A stretch of DNA of 64,000 bases from Candidatus Brennerbacteria bacterium (GTDB lineage: Bacteria; Patescibacteriota; Minisyncoccia; UBA6257; GWB1-50-10), in assembly GCA_043799565.1 (NCBI GenBank), contig JAZDNP010000013.1:5847-69846 (forward strand). Reading direction: 5' to 3'. Position 1 is the stretch's first letter; each line of letters begins with the position of its first letter. The notes below the pieces were generated by a model. It had not been told where the DNA came from. It saw nothing but the letters and a program-made list of their open reading frames with translations, and did not search any database. Below, piece after piece: positions 62,085-64,000 of this stretch. Made by a program: the position numbers and the translations under genes.

Positions 62085-62630
62085 TTATTTCGCCTGCCGC
62101 GCCGTTCCTTTCTCCTTCCGCTCCCGGATCTTCAAAAGAATACGTGGAATGGTTTCAATGTCGGTGAATCGGTCGACCGATTCTTTGAGTTTCGCCGAGG
62201 CACTTCTCCGAAACGCGACTGCCTCCACCTGGCGCCCGAGTCCCCACTTCAGGTATTCCACGAGCGGCACAAAATCGCCGTCGCCGGTAACAAGAATGAT
62301 GGCGTCAACGCTGGAAGCCAAACGTACCGCATCTATCGCCATGCCGATGTCCCAATCCGCTTTTTTGGACCCATCGGGATAGATTTGAAGGTCCTTCAAG
62401 CGAAGCTCAAATCCCGTCTGTTTCAGCGCTTCAAAAAACGATTCCTCACCGAGCGCGGTGTCGCTTTTCACCACGTACGCGACGGCGCGAAGCAAAGGAC
62501 GGTTTCCCACCGCCACCCGGAGGAGTTCTTTGAAATTTACGCGCGCGTGATAAAGATTTTTCGCGGAATGATAGACATTCTGGACATCCACGAATATCGC
62601 TACCCGCTGATCGGAGTATGGAACGGCCAT
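62085..62630 (-). CDS. NYN-domain (LabA-like) putative nuclease
   Basis: IFVDVQNVY... and LVTGDGDF motifs. It sits between rpsO and pnp. Confidence 0.6.
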   Translation of the reverse strand: MAVPYSDQRVAIFVDVQNVYHSAKNLYHARVNFKELLRVAVGNRPLLRAVAYVVKSDTALGEESFFEALKQTGFELRLKDLQIYPDGSKKADWDIGMAIDAVRLASSVDAIILVTGDGDFVPLVEYLKWGLGRQVEAVAFRRSASAKLKESVDRFTDIETIPRILLKIRERKEKGTARQAK

Positions 62631-62632
62631 TT

Positions 62633-62896
62633 TCAGGCGAGCTCGAGCTTTTTCACGAGCTTCGTATAAACCGGCTCATTCTCCCGCTTCACATATGCGA
62701 GGAATTTACGGCGTTTTCCCACCATCATAAGGAGCCCTCGGCGAGAATGGTGGTCCTTCTGGTGCTTCTTCAAATGGTCGGCAAGCGCCTTGATTTGGCG
62801 CGTCAAAAGGGCGACCTGAACCTCGGCCGAACCTGTATCCGTGTCGTGCCGCTGGTGTTCCTTCACCGACGTTTGTTTTTGTCTCTTTGAGAGCAT
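62633..62896 (-). CDS. rpsO: 30S ribosomal protein S15
   Basis: 87 aa with an S15 signature (...[16 protein letters not shown]...). Confidence 0.85.
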   Translation of the reverse strand: MLSKRQKQTSVKEHQRHDTDTGSAEVQVALLTRQIKALADHLKKHQKDHHSRRGLLMMVGKRRKFLAYVKRENEPVYTKLVKKLELA

Positions 62897-63050
62897 GCGA
62901 AAGGCATTCTAGCAGTGATTTTTTGAGGTGTCAATAATTACCGCCCGTTTTCCGATAGAAATTTCTGTTGGAAAACGGACGAGTGATTTTTAGTCGGATT
63001 TTTCCGATTGAAAATCATTGTTTTGCGACAGGAGAAGGTATACTGGTTCT

Positions 63051-63932
63051 ATGACCGAGATGGAAAAACTGGTGAAAGAATACCTGGACTACCTTGAAAT
63101 AGAAAAGGGACACTCAAGAAAAACACAGGAAAACTACGGTCGGTATCTTGCTGTATTCATTAAAGAGGCGGGAGTGAAAACGGCCCGCGCCATTACGCAG
63201 GATGTGGTTCGGAAGTTCCGACTTACCCTTGCGCGGAAGGACTTGAAGAAGGTGACGCAGAGCTATTATGTCATCGCGCTCCGTAATTTCCTAAAATATC
63301 TCATTCGACGGGGAATGGAAGTGCTGTCGCCCGAGACCATAGAGTTGCCAAAGATAGCGCGGCGCGATATCAAGGTGCTTTCTTACGACGAGCTGGAGCG
63401 GCTTCTCGCTTCTCCGAAAGGGAACGACCTCCGTGCGTTCCGTGACCGCGCGATATTGGAAACATTTTTCTCCACCGGACTCCGGCTTTCGGAACTCTGC
63501 GCACTCCCCCGCTACCTTGACCTTACCCGGGGAGAACTTTCCGTACGCGGGAAGGGCGAAAAAGTGCGCATGGTGTTTATATCCGAGCGTGCGAAGAAAA
63601 CATTGAAAGAATATTTGGATAAGCGTCCCGACACTGAGGAAAAACTTTTTGTGAGTTTGAGCCGTGCGGGGAAAGTGTTGGGTCCCATCACTCCGCGCGC
63701 GGTAGAACGTCTTGTGGAACTTCATGCGAGAAAGGCGGGCATCGCGGAACGCGTCCATCCGCACGAACTGCGGCACTCATTTGCCACCGACCTTCTTGTG
63801 AACGGCGCCGACCTTCGTTCGGTGCAGGAACTTTTGGGGCATGCGAACGTTGCGACGACGCAGATCTACACTCACTTGACCAACAAAGAGCTTCGCGAGG
63901 TACACAAATCGTTCCACGGTCGCCGGCGCTAG
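63051..63932 (+). CDS. xerC: tyrosine recombinase XerC/XerD
   Basis: C-terminal catalytic HELRHSFATDLL...GH...Y block. ATG at 63051 lies 6 nt after a TATACT -10; the track TTG start at 63018 and ATG at 63060 are alternatives. Confidence 0.8.
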   Translation: MTEMEKLVKEYLDYLEIEKGHSRKTQENYGRYLAVFIKEAGVKTARAITQDVVRKFRLTLARKDLKKVTQSYYVIALRNFLKYLIRRGMEVLSPETIELPKIARRDIKVLSYDELERLLASPKGNDLRAFRDRAILETFFSTGLRLSELCALPRYLDLTRGELSVRGKGEKVRMVFISERAKKTLKEYLDKRPDTEEKLFVSLSRAGKVLGPITPRAVERLVELHARKAGIAERVHPHELRHSFATDLLVNGADLRSVQELLGHANVATTQIYTHLTNKELREVHKSFHGRRR

Positions 63933-64000
63933 TTGACCTTGCGGCACGCGGGGCGTACGGTGGAGTCATCTCTTTCACAAATTGACCAAGGGAGGCCATA

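Noticed and set aside
1-64000. CRISPR arrays, IS elements, prophage or integron signatures
   Set aside because: Only one tandem repeat was seen (14950-15113). No transposase was found, and the only integrase-like gene is the chromosomal xerC. No phage structural genes, and no spaced direct-repeat arrays.

Overview
This 64-kb window looks like a single bacterial chromosome segment, about 55% GC and densely packed with genes. It contains the replication-origin neighbourhood: dnaA and dnaN on the minus strand, facing rpmH-rnpA-yidC-jag on the plus strand. Housekeeping genes fill most of the window: trpS, ileS, argS, infC-rpmI-rplT, rpsT, rpsO-pnp, ruvA/ruvB/ruvC, polA, a class A PBP, smpB with an adjacent tmRNA, and two tRNAs (Leu-CAG, Arg-CCG). 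An 11-gene minus-strand operon at about 43.8-56.0 kb encodes a type IV secretion (T4SS)-like membrane apparatus: a VirB4 ATPase split into two ORFs, a VirB3/PrgI-like protein, a VirB6/TrbL-like polytopic protein, a pilin-like protein with a Cys-rich tail, and several secreted proteins. No relaxase or VirD4 coupling protein is present. The gene content (many small hypothetical genes, minimal domain architectures, a stand-alone pilB-type ATPase, leaderless-looking starts) is compatible with a reduced-genome lineage such as Patescibacteria/CPR; this is inference from gene content only. The most unusual observations follow.
- IleS carries an in-frame insertion of about 190 aa of histidine-phosphatase (PGAM-like) domain inside its zinc-knuckle loop.
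- A Clp-family double-AAA+ ATPase has two N-terminal TM helices, a degenerate first Walker B, and is translationally coupled to a small membrane protein.
- dnaA is broken by a single-base frameshift in an A6 run.
- An unassigned RNA of about 285 nt, bounded by a promoter and a terminator, sits upstream of trpS.
- An intergenic element with long-range pairing lies between pilB and ruvB.
- ArgS has TLAN in place of the HIGH motif.
No CRISPR array, IS element or prophage was seen.
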